A stretch of 64,000 bases of DNA from Podarcis tiliguerta. Lineage: Eukaryota. Where the stretch lies: assembly GCA_965153285.1 (NCBI GenBank), contig OZ229117.1. One strand, given 5' to 3'. The notes beneath the pieces are model-generated. The model was given only the letters and a program-made list of their open reading frames with translations, was not told where the DNA came from and did not search any database. Shown here piece after piece: positions 48,520 to 61,590 of the stretch. The number at the start of each line of letters is the position of its first letter. The stretch's first letter is position 1. The position numbers and the translations under genes are program-made.

Positions 48520-48621
48520 ATGAACGGTGCCTGGGAGAACCTGAACAAAACCTGGAAGGAGCGGCTGGAGCGGCTGGAGGAGGCCATGCAGTCGGCAGTG
48601 CAGTACCAGGATACGCTGCAG
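48520..48621 (+). CDS. MACF1: MACF1 exon [10 protein letters not shown]...YQDTLQ (0-0)
   Basis: tgcag|ATG ... CAG|gtgaca, 102 nt. Confidence 0.95.
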
Positions 48622-49724
48622 GTGACAACGGGTGGAGGGGGAGGTGATGTGCAGGGGTAGGGAAAGTGCAGAGGCAAGGGAGATGCTTTACCAGACCATT
48701 GGTCCATCCACACTGGCTCTCTAGGATTTCAAGCAGGAAGGCCCCCCAACCCTACCTGGAGCTGCCGCCAGGGATTGAACCAGGGACCTTCTGCATGAAA
48801 AGCAGCTGCTCTGCCACTGAGCCATGGTGCTTCCTAAGGAAAGCAGGGATCATTTCTAGCTACTGCCTGAAACGGATTCCGGCTCTTAATTCTGAGCATC
48901 TTTCATTGTGGTGCCAGGCTTAATGCATAAACAACACAGAGTAGTCGGAGGAACACCAGATTCTTGGAGGGTGGGAGGGCCAGTGTCATTTTAGTTTATT
49001 AATTAAGGTTCTTATACACCAGCCTTTGCACACCTGGTGCCCTCCAGCTCCCATTGGCACTGGTTGAGAGCTAATGGGAGTTATAGTTCAAAACATCTAG
49101 AGGGCACCAGGTTGGCGAAGACATCAGTAAAACAATAGGAACATACCTGCTGTTGAAACCAGTTATGAATTATTAGTCAAAAATGACAGCATCTCAGAAT
49201 AGCACTTAGACCTTGGGCAGAATAGCTAAAGAGAGAGAGCAGAGAGAGCAGCTATGTTTCAACCTGGTGGTGGAATCCCAGCAAAGTTGTAGCAATCTGC
49301 ACACCTGAAGTGAGAGAGTTTCACAATCAGGCACCACTACAGAAAAGACCTTGCTTCATGTCATTTAGGCCTGATTCTAATATAATAATTGTAAATGGAG
49401 CCTCTATGTATAAGGGCAGTCTACCTTAGGGTGGCTGACACTGGGGAGAAGCAGCAGGGGATGATCCAAACCTTGCCTGTCAGCTTTCCACTGTTAGGAA
49501 CAGGATGCCAGGCTGGACATGGATCTTTGGTCTGACCCAGCAGGGTTGTTTTGTATTAAGGGCCAGGCATCTCAGAGGAGTAGCTGAGCCTGTGAGAAAG
49601 AGGAGAGGCTGAGGGAAAGGATTATGAACTGGGTGCTGACTCTTTTCATGGAGGCCAGAACGCTGTGCCACTGGGTGGTAGCTGGCTGGGTCTCCCTTCA
49701 TTTGTGGGCCTGCTCCCTTTTCAG

Positions 49725-49826
49725 GCCATGTTTGACTGGCTGGACAACACAGTGATCAAACTCTGCAACATGCCCCCTGTGGGGACGGATCTCAACACCG
49801 TCAAAGAGCAGCTGAACGAGATGAAG
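49725..49826 (+). CDS. MACF1: MACF1 exon AMFDWLDNT...QLNEMK (0-0)
   Basis: ttcag|GCC ... AAG|gtgcgt, 102 nt. Confidence 0.95.
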
Positions 49827-49942
49827 GTGCGTGTGTTTGTGCACTGTGGTATTTTCAAATGGTGGGCGGTTTATAAATTCTTTAAATAAATCACCAGTCC
49901 CAGTCCTGAGCGTGAAACTCCCTGCTTTCTCCTTCTTGACAG

Positions 49943-50116
49943 GAATTTAAAATGGAAGTTTACCAGCAGCAGATCGAGATGGAGAAACTGAATCACCAGG
50001 GAGGGCTCATGCTCAAAAAAGCCATGGATGAGACAGACCGAGACATCATCCGGGAGCCTCTGACGGAGCTGAAGCATCTGTGGGAGAACCTGAATGAGAA
50101 AATAGCCCATCGGCAG
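49943..50116 (+). CDS. MACF1: MACF1 exon EFKMEVYQQ...KIAHRQ (0-0)
   Basis: gacag|GAA ... CAG|gtatgg, 174 nt. Confidence 0.95.
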
Positions 50117-50624
50117 GTATGGTGGGTGAACTGCCAGGGCCTGAGGTGTGGGTAAAGCCTTTAAAGCCCTTGCTCATCTGAAGATGGCATAGGTTCAATT
50201 AAAGGGGCTGGCTATCACCTTTTGAAGCCCCAAAGGGTTACCTTGAGGGCTGCCACTGCTGCTTCCTCCTTGGGCCTGGCCAGGCCCTCCACTGCGTGTC
50301 CCATTGCTAACTGGAGTGCTAGAGATTTGTGCAGCTTCTGTGCTGATGGTCTTTTGTCATCTAGTAAACACTTTTTTTTCCTGCTTAAGCTGATGTTTTG
50401 CTTGCCTTCTGTCTTCCTGTTTTATTTGTACTTGTTGTTGGGTCCTGTTATTTATTTGCCTGTTTTTGGTATACTTTGCACTATTTTTACAGTACTGCAA
50501 CTTTTAAGTGCTCCTCCTTGGTGCATAGAAAAATGGGATTTTAAAAATCCTATAAAACAAATATACACACACCTAACCTTGTTTTCTTAAAAGAAATTCC
50601 TCTTCTCACCTTGTCTATAAACAG

Positions 50625-50780
50625 CACAAGCTAGAAGGTGCCCTCTTGGCCCTTGGCCAGTTCCAACATGCGCTGGCTGAGCTGATGGCCTGGCTGACCC
50701 ACACCGAAGAGCTGCTGGATGCCCAGAGGCCCATCAATGGCGACCCAAAAGTCATTGAGGTGGAATTAGCTAAGCACCAT
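50625..50780 (+). CDS. MACF1: MACF1 exon [10 protein letters not shown]...ELAKHH (0-0)
   Basis: aacag|CAC ... CAT|gtaagt, 156 nt. Confidence 0.95.
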
Positions 50781-52300
50781 GTAAGTACAGGGGAAGGGGT
50801 TTTACATTGTGAACCACCCTGAAAACTATGGATGAAGGACGATATACAATTTTTGTAGTAGTAGTAGTAATACTTGCAGATTGCTTTTTGCAAAGAGTTC
50901 CCTGTTTCTGTCCTTCAGTGAGAGGAGTCCAGCTTGGCAGCAGAATGTGTCTGTTCTCAGGTTAAGGTCCTGGCCCATCTCTAGTGACTGGGCTCACAAA
51001 ATTTCCTTGAGACCTTAGAGAGCTGCTGCTAAATGCAGTGTGTGGCTGCATGGGCCAAAGATCTGGTTAAGTCAGCTCCTTTCTGTCCTTTTGCCATTGG
51101 GCCACTGCAGAGCTTTTGAATGACAAAAGTGCCCCCTCCTCCATATCCTGCCCCAGGAATCTTCCATCTTTCTGGGCTGTCACTGCAGCTGTGTCATTAT
51201 AGCTGAATCGGAGGCTTGCTTTGAGGAAAGGACTGGGAATATTATGAGAACAGCATCAACGGATGACACTGGAAGCTGCCTTAAGTGAGGTAGACCCTTG
51301 GTGGCCTGGCTCCCACTTACGGACACAATGCTGGCTCTCAGAGCAGTTATTCCAAAAGCTTTCTTCCAGAATTCACTGCAGGGCACAGACATGAGTGTAG
51401 ATAGGTGCTTAAAAGGGGTTGTGGAGTTCATGGCTAGGCATAAGTGAAGATGTTGTCCCAACATGTGACATATCCCCCTGGCGTCCCTTTCTGAAGAGCT
51501 GGCTGGGCACAGTCATTCGTGTGGGTCCTGTCCCAAGCCACAGGGCCGGGCAAGCAAACAAGAACTTCTATGAGAAAGCTGGGTCAGCTCATGTTGGCAC
51601 AACTCATGCCCTTGGGCATGGGGTGGGTGGATGCTGTCGTGTCCACAGTCCGACCTGAGCTGGCACTTCCCCGGGGAAGGGAGTGCATCACTGGCAGGAG
51701 GCGGAGTCACTCCCCTGACGCTTGGAATGCCTGATGATTCTGAGATGGGTCTTTCTCCCAACAACCTGCTTTCTGGCCCACTGAGCCACTCCCCAGAATC
51801 AGGGTCCACACTGCCATCCCATGCCAACCAGCTCTGCCAAGATGTCTCCATGGGGCTCATGACAATTGGTTTATCTCACTCAGCATTGTCTACCCTGACT
51901 GACAGCAGTTTCCGAGGATGTCAGAAAGAGTCTTTGCCAGCCCTACCTGGAGATACCAGAGATCCAGCCTGGCACTGTGTGCATGCAAAGCAGGTGCCCT
52001 GCCACTGAACCACAGCCTTTCCTCTAGCTGGGGGTGTTTGCTTGGGCTTGCCAGGCCACATTTGGTCAGTTATTACCAGTAACTTTCTGATGATGCTGAG
52101 AGTGTTTTGTGAGAATATCCAGGAAGCCTCATCTCATGTGCTTTGCTTCCTGAGTTTGTACACCAAAACCAAAATGCAGGAGACTCCAGCCATGCTGATT
52201 GACAGGGACTGAACTTGGATCCACCATCCTTTGCTAGTGCCACAGAGGCTTGCAAGGGCCCTAAAGTATTTCCTCTTCTCCACCTGCAACACCACACTAG

Positions 52301-52498
52301 GTGCTGAAGAATGATGTGCTGGCCCATCGGTCCACAGTGGAGACAGTGAACAAGGCTGGCAATGAGCTCTTGGAATCCAGCGCAGGGGATGATGCCAGCA
52401 GTCTCCGGAACCGCCTGGAGACAATGAATTCATGCTGGGAGTCGGTGCTACAGAAGACAGAGGAGCGAGAGCAGCAGCTGCAGATGACCCTTCAGCAG
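52301..52498 (+). CDS. MACF1: MACF1 exon VLKNDVLAH...QMTLQQ (0-0)
   Basis: actag|GTG ... CAG|gtcagc, 198 nt. Confidence 0.95.
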
Positions 52499-53414
52499 GT
52501 CAGCTGGGAAGAGAGTCTGGCCTCCCTAGTTAGGCGGGCAGTGGGTGCTCTTCAGAGCCCTCTCGTTCCTTGCATTCCTCGCCCAACATTTCAAAGGAGC
52601 CACATTCAGGCATGCACCTGAACACACATACGGTTGAGATGGGAGTGGGGAAGGTGGGGGCACGTCTCGCAATGAGCACCAAGGTCTGTAGGGTTTCTTG
52701 GACTGTGTGTCTCCCTACAAAAAGGAAGGCTTCCAATTGCAGGGGGTTTCTAAGCAAGTTAATTACCAATTCTTTAAAAAACAAACCACTTCAGACCTTA
52801 TCACAAATTGAAGTTCTCCCTATAAGAATAACTGAATCTTCAGTGCACAAGTTGACATTATGTTTTTATATTATTTTGTTTTTTGTAAACCATTCTAACT
52901 ATTTGGGGGGGGATGAAGGATGGGATATAACTCTCTTGTTAAATATACAAGTGAAAGGAGTTGTGAAGAGCAGCTGGTGCCCTTGGGGGGAGGGGATTGG
53001 GGGGGGCTGTGTGTGCTGCCCCTCCTCCTGGTTATTTATTTATCCCTTTGTGTGTTCAGGTGATTGCCCACCAAGACTTGCTCTGTGGCTGGACTTGTTT
53101 GGGTGTACAGATGAGTCTTTCTCAGCCGCTTCCTCACTTTGGAAATGATTCGTTCTTTGAGCCAGAGTCTTTTTGGGAAAGCTTCTCTTACTTCTGGGAG
53201 CTAGGCTAGAAGAGGATGGCTAGAAATAGGCTGGGATTTGAACCTAAGCTTATGCTTGGCACTTTGGTTTTGCTTTTTTAATGTCACTACCTCAAAATGT
53301 ATTTCTGTACTTTTGGTTTTTTAAATCCTGGTATCTCCTGCTGAGGTTTCCAAAACCATCAGAGTGAATTGCTTGTGCCCTTCAGTCTAGCATGTGCTTT
53401 GTGTTCCCTTGCAG

Positions 53415-53543
53415 GCTCAAGGTTTCCATGGTGAAATTGAAGATTTCCTCCTCTGGCTCACGAGGATGGAGAACCAGCTGTCTGCCTCCAAACCGACAGG
53501 TGGGCTGCCGGAGACTGCTCGAGAGCAACTGAATGCCCACATG
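53415..53543 (+). CDS. MACF1: MACF1 exon AQGFHGEIE...QLNAHM (0-0)
   Basis: tgcag|GCT ... ATG|gtgagt, 129 nt. Confidence 0.95.
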
Positions 53544-54245
53544 GTGAGTTGTGATGGCCGAACTGATGCCTGGAATGAATGGCCCCTTAATATGGGAGGG
53601 AAGGATAATGTGCATCACAGGTGGGACGTGAAATACCTAAAAGGGAAAGCACCAGAGAAAAAGGAATAAGGGAAGGCCTGGTTAGCTACATTCCAGCTTA
53701 CAGTGCACAGCTGTATCTACCTAAGGTACTCGTGGATATTCCATGTTATTGCAGTCACTCAGCTATCAGCTGGCATCAGCAACCCTGGACCACCACAAAT
53801 GTGAAGTTTTTACACGTAAGGATGTCACAGAGAAAAATGTGTGCACAGTCAGGTGTAAAGATTATTCACCAGTGGGAACCTTCCCCCTAAGTTTCGAAGC
53901 CACAAACGGGAAGGGTGATTTTTGTCCAGATCATGACTGGGTGGGGTAGACCCCCTTCCCAGGGATTGTGGTCTTGATCAGATTAGGGATCTCCCACCCC
54001 TGTAATTAGATAATGAAAACCTGTAGGCGTAGCTGCACACCACATGCTTAGAGTAACATGAAGCGTTGGCCCTGAGAAGCTGGAATTGGCAGACAACCCC
54101 CAGAGCCAAGTGCACCTGGCTAACAGCAGAAGCAGTCTTCACACACAACTGTCTACTAGGTCTTGCCTATGCCACGTGAACCCCCATGTCAGGAAAATTT
54201 GTCCTGCCAAGCATCCCTTGTTTACGATGCCTCTGTGTTGTGCAG

Positions 54246-54419
54246 GAGCTCTATGCCCAGTTCAAAGCCAACGAGGAGGTCTACAGCCAGCTCCTGGCTA
54301 AAGGGAGGCTGATGCTCCTGAGCCGCGATGATTCTGGGTCTGGATCAAAGACAGAGCAAAGTGTGGCTCTCTTGGAGCAGAAGTGGGGCCTCGTCAGTAT
54401 GAAGATGGAGGAGAGAAAG
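54246..54419 (+). CDS. MACF1: MACF1 exon ELYAQFKAN...KMEERK (0-0)
   Basis: tgcag|GAG ... AAG|gtaatg, 174 nt. Confidence 0.95.
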
Positions 54420-55136
54420 GTAATGTGCCAGGAGGGGTGGTGGTGTACCCATCACCAAATCACTGTACTCGCATTTGCATGGTGCAGAGCAGGGGACTCT
54501 TGTGTGAGTGCCACACATTCCCTAGCTTGTGCAGGAAAGCGAGGCTCTGCACATGTGGAGCTTCATACGGAGGAACTCTTGGGACTTGAGGTGGTATTAA
54601 AGAGGTGTGTGTTTGAAAAGGGAGTGGAGAGAGAACCTTGCTTTGGTTTTAATCCAGCTGTTTCACAATTCCATTATTGGTAAGTTGTGATGGTCCAATA
54701 GAGCAGGGGAAGCTAATGTGGTGCCTTCTGGCTGTTCTCGGGCTCCCGGCCCCCATGAGCCCCAGCCAGTATGGTCAATAGTCAAGGATGATGGACACTG
54801 TGGTGCAGCAGCATCCAGAGGGCACCACATTGGCTCCCCCCCCCCCAGTAGGTGGTCTCTTCTTCTTCTGATGCTTTTTGTTGGAAGAGAACCTGGCTCC
54901 AGAATGGTTTGGATGAAGGGGAAGAGTTATCAGCATTTGAAATGTGACCTGTTAATATGCTAGTCACGTTCATCGGTTGGACTGAGAAGGTCCAGCCTAG
55001 AAGGAGTCTCTCATTTATTACACAATTGTGGTCTTTGTCTCAGAAGCCAGCATTTGTGAACTTTGGCTGGTGCTCCTTTCTTTCTGCCTTTTGTGCTCAT
55101 TCTGCTGCTTTTTCTCCCCCTTCTTTTAAAACTCAG

Positions 55137-55292
55137 TCCAAGTTGGAAGAGGCCCTCAGCTTGGCAACCGAGTTCCAAAATTCCCTGCAAGATTTCATCA
55201 ACTGGCTCACCCTTGCAGAGCAGAGCTTGAATGTTGCTCCTCCACCCAGCCTCATGTTCAACACAGTGCTCTCACAGATAGAAGATCACAAG
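55137..55292 (+). CDS. MACF1: MACF1 exon SKLEEALSL...QIEDHK (0-0)
   Basis: ctcag|TCC ... AAG|gtaatg, 156 nt. Confidence 0.95.
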
Positions 55293-55707
55293 GTAATGAT
55301 GCCCACCTGGGTGTGCATGTGTGCATTCAGGGAGGGTGGGGGGAGCTATCTGACTTGAATAGTGAAGCTGCCAAAAGGTAGAGAAAAACTTAATTATTTA
55401 AAATAGCTGTGGAGTATTGAGAGAACTCAATTAAGGTTCTATAATTGTATCATATTCACAAGTGCTCGAAACTTGAGAAATAAAATAAGAGCTAGATAGT
55501 ATCTTCTATCCCCAGCAAGAATAGACAATAAGCACTTCCACAAGAACAACAATAAACAATGCCTAGGTATAGCAGCCAAATAAGAAAAGACTTTGAAATT
55601 AAACCAGGGAAATATTCCATCATAGGTGTTTTCAAATAACCAAGTTTTTGAAACTGCAAGATAGATAGATATTAACATATAATAAAGAGGAAAGGCTGTC
55701 ACCATGC

Positions 55708-55740
55708 TGCAGTTTGCTTGGCTGCCAGTAGGTGGCACTG
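55708..55740 (+). promoter_or_regulatory. Candidate CTCF site with upstream module
   Basis: TGCAG + 12 nt + CCAGTAGGTGGCAC, matching consensus CCASYAGRKGGCR. Confidence 0.55.
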
Positions 55741-56695
55741 TGAACTGCAGCGTGACGACAGATTTCTGAGAGCTGCTGGCCATTGGTGGTTGAGAAGAAG
55801 GGAAGCAGAAGAGGGAAGGTCTATGGTCCAGCTAAGTCGTGGAGGAACTGTCAGGACAGGTTCGGGTAGCTCCCCCAAAACTCCTGCTCTTTTGCTGCGG
55901 CTTGCCTAACACCATTGATGCCATTTCAGCACCAACAGAGGAAAGAGAGAAACAGAGGCAGGTGGGCACCCCAGGAGAGCTGCCTAGAAATGGGCAAGGC
56001 AGGGCAGCTCCCCAGCAACCACCCCACTCAGCTGCCACCCACCACTGCTCTCTTCTTTGCCTCTTCCACTGAGGTTGCAACAGCAACTTTGGTGTGAGGC
56101 AGGCAGTATGAATAGGAGGGTTGGGAGAATGTCTAAAGCAAGGAGGCATTGGCAAGTGGAGGTGAGTGAAGTGAGCCGTAGCACAGCCGTGTACGTGTAC
56201 ACACACAATCATAAAGTATGAAGCATTAACAGATTAATACTCTGTGATATTAAAAATGTGACTTAAAATCAGTTAATAAAAAATAACTATCAGTTGTATT
56301 CTACTAACTTTTACACGGAGTACACCTATCGAAACTAGTGGGCCTAAGTTAGTCAAGGCCATTAATTTCAATGGGGTCTAGTCTGAGTAAAAGTTAGTTG
56401 ACTACAACCCCAGCCTTCTACTAGTTCCCTAAAACAAGTGATGGGGCTTGTGAGATGGGTCAGATTATTCATTTGTTGCAGGTAGGGAACTGGAGGCTGT
56501 GTGTGTATGTGGCTCACTCATGGCTACCCAGTCAATCTGTGGCCATGGCAGGCCCCAGCCTAGTCTTGGGACTCCCTTGCCAGCTGTAGTGACTACAGTT
56601 GACCTTGGAACAAAACCTCCACCCCAAATGGCCTTCCCTGCATTATGTGGTGCCTAAGAGACCCAGGAGAGCAGCCTTCATTTTTTCCTTGTCAG

Positions 56696-56902
56696 GTGTT
56701 TGCCAATGAAGTGAACGCCCACCGGGACCAGATAATTGGCCTAGACCAAAGTGGAAACCAGCTGAAGTTTCTCAGCCAGAAGCAGGATGTGGTCTTGATC
56801 AAGAACCTCCTGGTCAGTGTCCAGTCACGCTGGGAGAAGGTCGTCCAGCGGTCAGTGGAAAGAGGCCGGGCTCTGGACGATGCCAGGAAGCGGGCAAAGC
56901 AG
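56696..56902 (+). CDS. MACF1: MACF1 exon [10 protein letters not shown]...RKRAKQ (0-0)
   Basis: gtcag|GTG ... CAG|gtgagg, 207 nt. Confidence 0.95.
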
Positions 56903-57153
56903 GTGAGGAACAATCCTTTGTAGGCTAGAAGCCAGGGAGGCACAAAGGGCATCAGCTCAGAGCTACAAAATATTTCTGTCCCTCTTGGGCTCATTGAGAG
57001 CCAGGGGCGTATTAGGCACTGTTTGTAAAAGTATGAAATGTGGGTCAGGTGTTAGGGGTTGGGGGGGTAGGTGAAAATTGGCAGTGAGTAGTGGAGCTCG
57101 AGAGGCATGTGAATTCTAATAATAAATTAAATGGAAAAAATTAATCTTCATAG

Positions 57154-57273
57154 TTCCATGAAGCTTGGAAGAAGCTGGTTGACTGGTTAGAAGATGCCGA
57201 AAATCTCCTGGATTCTGAGCTTGAAATTTCAAATGATCCCGACAAGATCAAACTGCAGCTCTCTAAGCACAAG
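57154..57273 (+). CDS. MACF1: MACF1 exon FHEAWKKLV...QLSKHK (0-0)
   Basis: catag|TTC ... AAG|gttaga, 120 nt. Confidence 0.94.
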
Positions 57274-57379
57274 GTTAGAATTGCATGTGAAACAGTTCCT
57301 TTGCTTCTTGTGAAATTATCTGTAGTCGCCGGCCTCATTCTTAACCTATGTTTTGGGTGGGTTTACTTGGGAAAATCAG

Positions 57380-57549
57380 GAGTTCCAAAAAACCCTGGGT
57401 GGCAAGCAGCCTGTTTATGACACCACGATCCGGACAGGAAGGGCCCTGAAAGAAAAAGCTCAGTTCCCAGATGACAACCAGAGCCTGGACCATCTCCTTG
57501 GGGAAGTCCGTGACAAGTGGGACACTGTCTGTGGCAAATCGGTGGAAAG
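57380..57549 (+). CDS. MACF1: MACF1 exon EFQKTLGGK...GKSVER (0-2)
   Basis: atcag|GAG ... AG|gtgagt, 170 nt. Confidence 0.94.
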
Positions 57550-58098
57550 GTGAGTGCCTGAAAGGGCTTCCTAACAGGTAACATCCTGTAGTAAGTTGAG
57601 GTGCCTGCAGGTCCTACGAGGGGGTGTTAGAAGCCAGCTTTAAGTCACCTATTTGGATAGGGTGTGAGGGGCAGTTATCAGCATCAAGACCTATATTTGA
57701 CCAGTTTGTATACTGACTGCACATCCAATCAGAGCAGTGCAGGGGCCTTAGCTAGGTTCCTGATGGATTTGCTCTGGATGCATCTGGATTCTCCCAGGCC
57801 CTTGCTGGTAATCCACACTAGTCTGTTCTTAATCTGTTTGCTTTGGATTTTTCCCCTCTTTATTATTATCATTGTGTAGTTTTTGGTTTTATTGTAATTT
57901 TCACATTGTGCTGTACACTGCTTTATGATTTTTAAATGCAACGCCATGTAATTTGTTTTAATAAATAAAACACCTTAACACACCAATTTTTTAAAGGTGT
58001 GCCTAAGGCTCTGATTACGCCACATTTATTATGGTGCCCAAGGAGGTGGCCAGTTGAGGGGAAACACCCACTTACCCCTGCATTTTTCATTTTTACAG

Positions 58099-58258
58099 GC
58101 AGCACAAACTGGAAGAGGCCCTTCTGTTCTCTGGCCAGTTCATGGATGCATTGCAAGCCCTGGTTGACTGGCTGTACAAGGTGGAGCCCCAGCTGGCCGA
58201 AGACCTGCCTGTCCATGGGGACCTGGACCTGGTCATGAACTTAATGGATGCTCACAAG
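58099..58258 (+). CDS. MACF1: MACF1 exon QHKLEEALL...LMDAHK (2-0)
   Basis: tacag|G CAG ... AAG|gtaaca, 160 nt. Confidence 0.95.
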
Positions 58259-58559
58259 GTAACAGCTGCTGGGGGACAGAGCCATCCATTTGGAAGCCAC
58301 TTCACGCTGTGTAAGCCTCAATGTGTTATGGACTAAGGCAGGGAACTGGAGTCCCTGTGAAAATGTACTTGAGTTTCTAAGTTTTACATCTCACCCTTCA
58401 TCCCAAAGGGAGCCCAAGGCAGCTAACATAAAAGAATACAAATATAATACAATAACACATGAAAATGTTTAAAACATCATTCGGAACGTAATTAAAAAAT
58501 GGGATGGGGTGGAGAGCTAGGAGAAAGAGAGCGCAACTATGCTCTGTTCCCCTTGATAG

Positions 58560-58754
58560 GTCTTCCAGAAGGAGCTTGGCAAGCGAACAGGCACTGTCAC
58601 GGTTCTCAAGCGCTCAGGCCGGGAACTTATTGAAAACAGCCGTGATGACACCACTTGGGTGAAAGTGCAGCTGCAAGAGCTAAGCAACCGCTGGGACACC
58701 GTCTGCAAGATGTCTGTCCTGAAGCAAACTCGGTTGGAGGAAGCCCTGAAGCAG
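58560..58754 (+). CDS. MACF1: MACF1 exon VFQKELGKR...EEALKQ (0-0)
   Basis: gatag|GTC ... CAG|gtaaga, 195 nt. Confidence 0.95.
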
Positions 58755-59020
58755 GTAAGAGACGGGAGCAGGGTGGCATCATCTGCAACTTTCACATCTC
58801 TTTGGTCCATACCAGCCCTGTGACTCTGTTGTATCTATTGCTCCACCCCTTTTGCCTCTGGCCCCGCCCACCACTGGTGTGTGTCCCCCTACCTCAGAAA
58901 GTTCCCTGTGAAGGAAAGTGGCCCTTAGGCTGAGAAGAGTTTCCCATCCCTGCTGTACGGCAACTCAAAAGGCCTTTGCTCCACGGGGAAGGGTTCACTG
59001 GTGCTGTTTCTCCTTTCTAG

Positions 59021-59149
59021 GCAGAAGAGTTTCGGACTGCTGTCCATCTTCTGCTGGAGTGGCTCTCTGAAGCTGAGCAGACCCTCCGCTTCCGGGGAGC
59101 TTTGCCCGACGACGCAGAAGCGCTGCAGTCACTCATCGATGTCCACAAG
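59021..59149 (+). CDS. MACF1: MACF1 exon AEEFRTAVH...LIDVHK (0-0)
   Basis: tctag|GCA ... AAG|gtgggt, 129 nt. Confidence 0.95.
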
Positions 59150-59241
59150 GTGGGTAGCTGTTCAGAAGAGGGAAAGGCGGGAGCCTGAGGGGATTGCCAG
59201 GCAGGCAGGCTGAGCTGTTGTACCTTTAACCTTTGCTGCAG

Positions 59242-59385
59242 GAGTTTATGAAGAAAGTCGAAGAGAAAAGGCTGGATGTGAACTCCGCTGTGGGGATGGG
59301 GGAGGTCATCTTGGCCGTTTGCCACCCAGACTGCATCACCACCATCAAGCACTGGATCACCATCATTCGAGCTCGGTTTGAAGAA
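59242..59385 (+). CDS. MACF1: MACF1 exon EFMKKVEEK...RARFEE (0-0)
   Basis: tgcag|GAG ... GAA|gtgagt, 144 nt. Confidence 0.95.
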
Positions 59386-60114
59386 GTGAGTCACAGAGGC
59401 CTTTGCTCTGCCTCTCAGCAGCTGCAGCCAGCAGGAATGGAGCTGAGAGACTTAATAATTCTATGACTGTATAAGAATAATAATGCATTTTGAATCCCCT
59501 TCCCACCTTGCTTCAGCTGCTGTGACATCATAGAAGGTTCATGACAGTGCTGGCTAGTGAGATGAGAGGAGCCAGCTGCAGAATGTAGAAATTTACTGCA
59601 GTTCCTATAATGCTTAGGTAGAGGTGCTTTTGTTTTGATTTTATTTTTGGAACAAGCAAGAGCTTTTTATTTATTTAAATGGGAAAAAATTACTCCACTT
59701 TTTGAATGAACCTTTTTGGAGTAGCTTGTGAATAAACATAATAGAATCACGTAAGAACACACAGCATACCCTTAATATTTTTTCTGTATACTCCCTCCAT
59801 CTTCAGCTTAAAACATTTTAAGTCTTCTCCCTTAATCTAGATTCTAGCCTATTTTATCATTGGCACCATTAGTACTTGTTCGCTCTTGGTGCCCTAAGTT
59901 TGTAGTGTTAGTAGGTTGTAGAGCTTGCAGGGTAAAACACAAGATCCAGGTGAGCTAGAGGAGGGAAATGCAAAAGTGAAGAAGATGCTTAGGCAAGGGA
60001 AGGGGCATGTGAGTAACCCGGAAAGACATACCACTCCATTCCGCTGCCTCCTCTCCCTGCAGAGATACCTCTCATTTGCTGCCAACTACCCTTTCTGCTT
60101 TTCTCCTCTGCCAG

Positions 60115-60303
60115 GTTCTCACATGGGCAAAGCAACACCAGCAGCGGCTTGAAGCAGCCCTCTCGGAGCTGGTGGCCAATGCAGAGCTGCTGGAGGAGCT
60201 CCTGGCATGGATTCAGTGGGCTGAGACAACGCTGATTCAGAGGGACCAAGAGCCAATGCCGCAGAACATTGACCAGGTCAAAGCCCTCATTGCAGAGCAC
60301 CAG
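60115..60303 (+). CDS. MACF1: MACF1 exon VLTWAKQHQ...LIAEHQ (0-0)
   Basis: gccag|GTT ... CAG|gtaacc, 189 nt. Confidence 0.95.
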
Positions 60304-61472
60304 GTAACCCTGCCCTGGTTGGCTCCCTCTTTGCCACCTTCCAGAAAAGAGCATGCTGTGTGTTTGAGAAAGTTGTTCACGGTGGCTTTAAAGTGAAACA
60401 AAGCGCCTGACTTCATTCTTCCTAGCTGTGTGTGAGCTTGCACTGCTTTGGTTTTGCAATGGAGTAGGACTCCATGTGCCTGTAAGCTTAGATCAGAATG
60501 GAGGGTCATTGTCATCCCCTTCAGCTCCTACTGCTTAGAGGCACTCTGGCTGGTGCCCCCACCCCCAATTCTGGCTCACCCTCTTTTCTTTTGACACCTA
60601 GTGGGCTATATATAAATCTAGCACAGGCTTTCTGAACCTGATGCCCAGCCCTTCAGACTACAGCTCCCATCAGCCCCAGCCTTGGCGCAGAGGAGCTTTC
60701 CCTAACCTGCTGCTGCAGATGTTTTGGACTCCCAGCAGCTGTTCTGGTTGAGGCTGATGAGAGTTGTAGTTCAAAACGGCCACGTTGGCTGGGGTTGATG
60801 GGAGTTGCAGTCCAGAACAGCTGGAGGGAAGACTGATTTAGCAGTGCCATGCAAGAAAAAACAATGTGGCATTAGATGCAAGATTTGGGTTCCTGAGAAT
60901 TTGGTGCTTAATTTTGAGAGTGAAGTACTAAGTTCCTAACCCCTGTGGTGGCAAAGATATCTTGAAGGTACATGGGCAACGGCTGGTGAAATGTTACTAT
61001 CTAAAGAGGAGACTGAATAAGAACAAGAGCCAATCTGGTGTAGTAGTTAGAGTGTTTGGGCTAGGGGCTGGGAGACGATGGTTCAAATCCCCACTCGGGT
61101 AGCCTAACCTACCTCACAGGGTTGTTGTAGGGTTAAATAGGAAATAATATAAATGTGATAAATATTTATGTATCATGTACTTGTGTATGGCCTTTCATCT
61201 GTAGATCTCAGGGCAATTCACAACATAAAGATACAATAAAATAGAAAATACAATATAAAAAACACAAACTGCATAACAAAAATAAGAGCAAAAAGAAACC
61301 AATAATCCCCCCTCCCACAACACATTTAAAAGGGTATCAGGTGTTAATCAGGCAAAGGACATCAGTTAATCAGGACTGCTTACATTAGCAAAAGGACAAC
61401 ATTTAGTTGCATAGTAACAAAATGCTGCATTCTTCTTCTACCTCTAATCATCCTTCCTACTGCTTTTTCCAG

Positions 61473-61590
61473 TCCTTTATGGAAGTAATGACCCGAAAGC
61501 AGCCAGATGTGGATCGCGTCACAAAAACATACAAGAGGAAAGCCACGGAGCCGGCTCATGGACCTTTCATTGAGAAATCCCGAAGCAATA
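61473..61590 (+). CDS. MACF1: MACF1 exon SFMEVMTRK...EKSRSN (0-1)
   Basis: tccag|TCC ... A|gtatgt, 118 nt. Confidence 0.92.
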
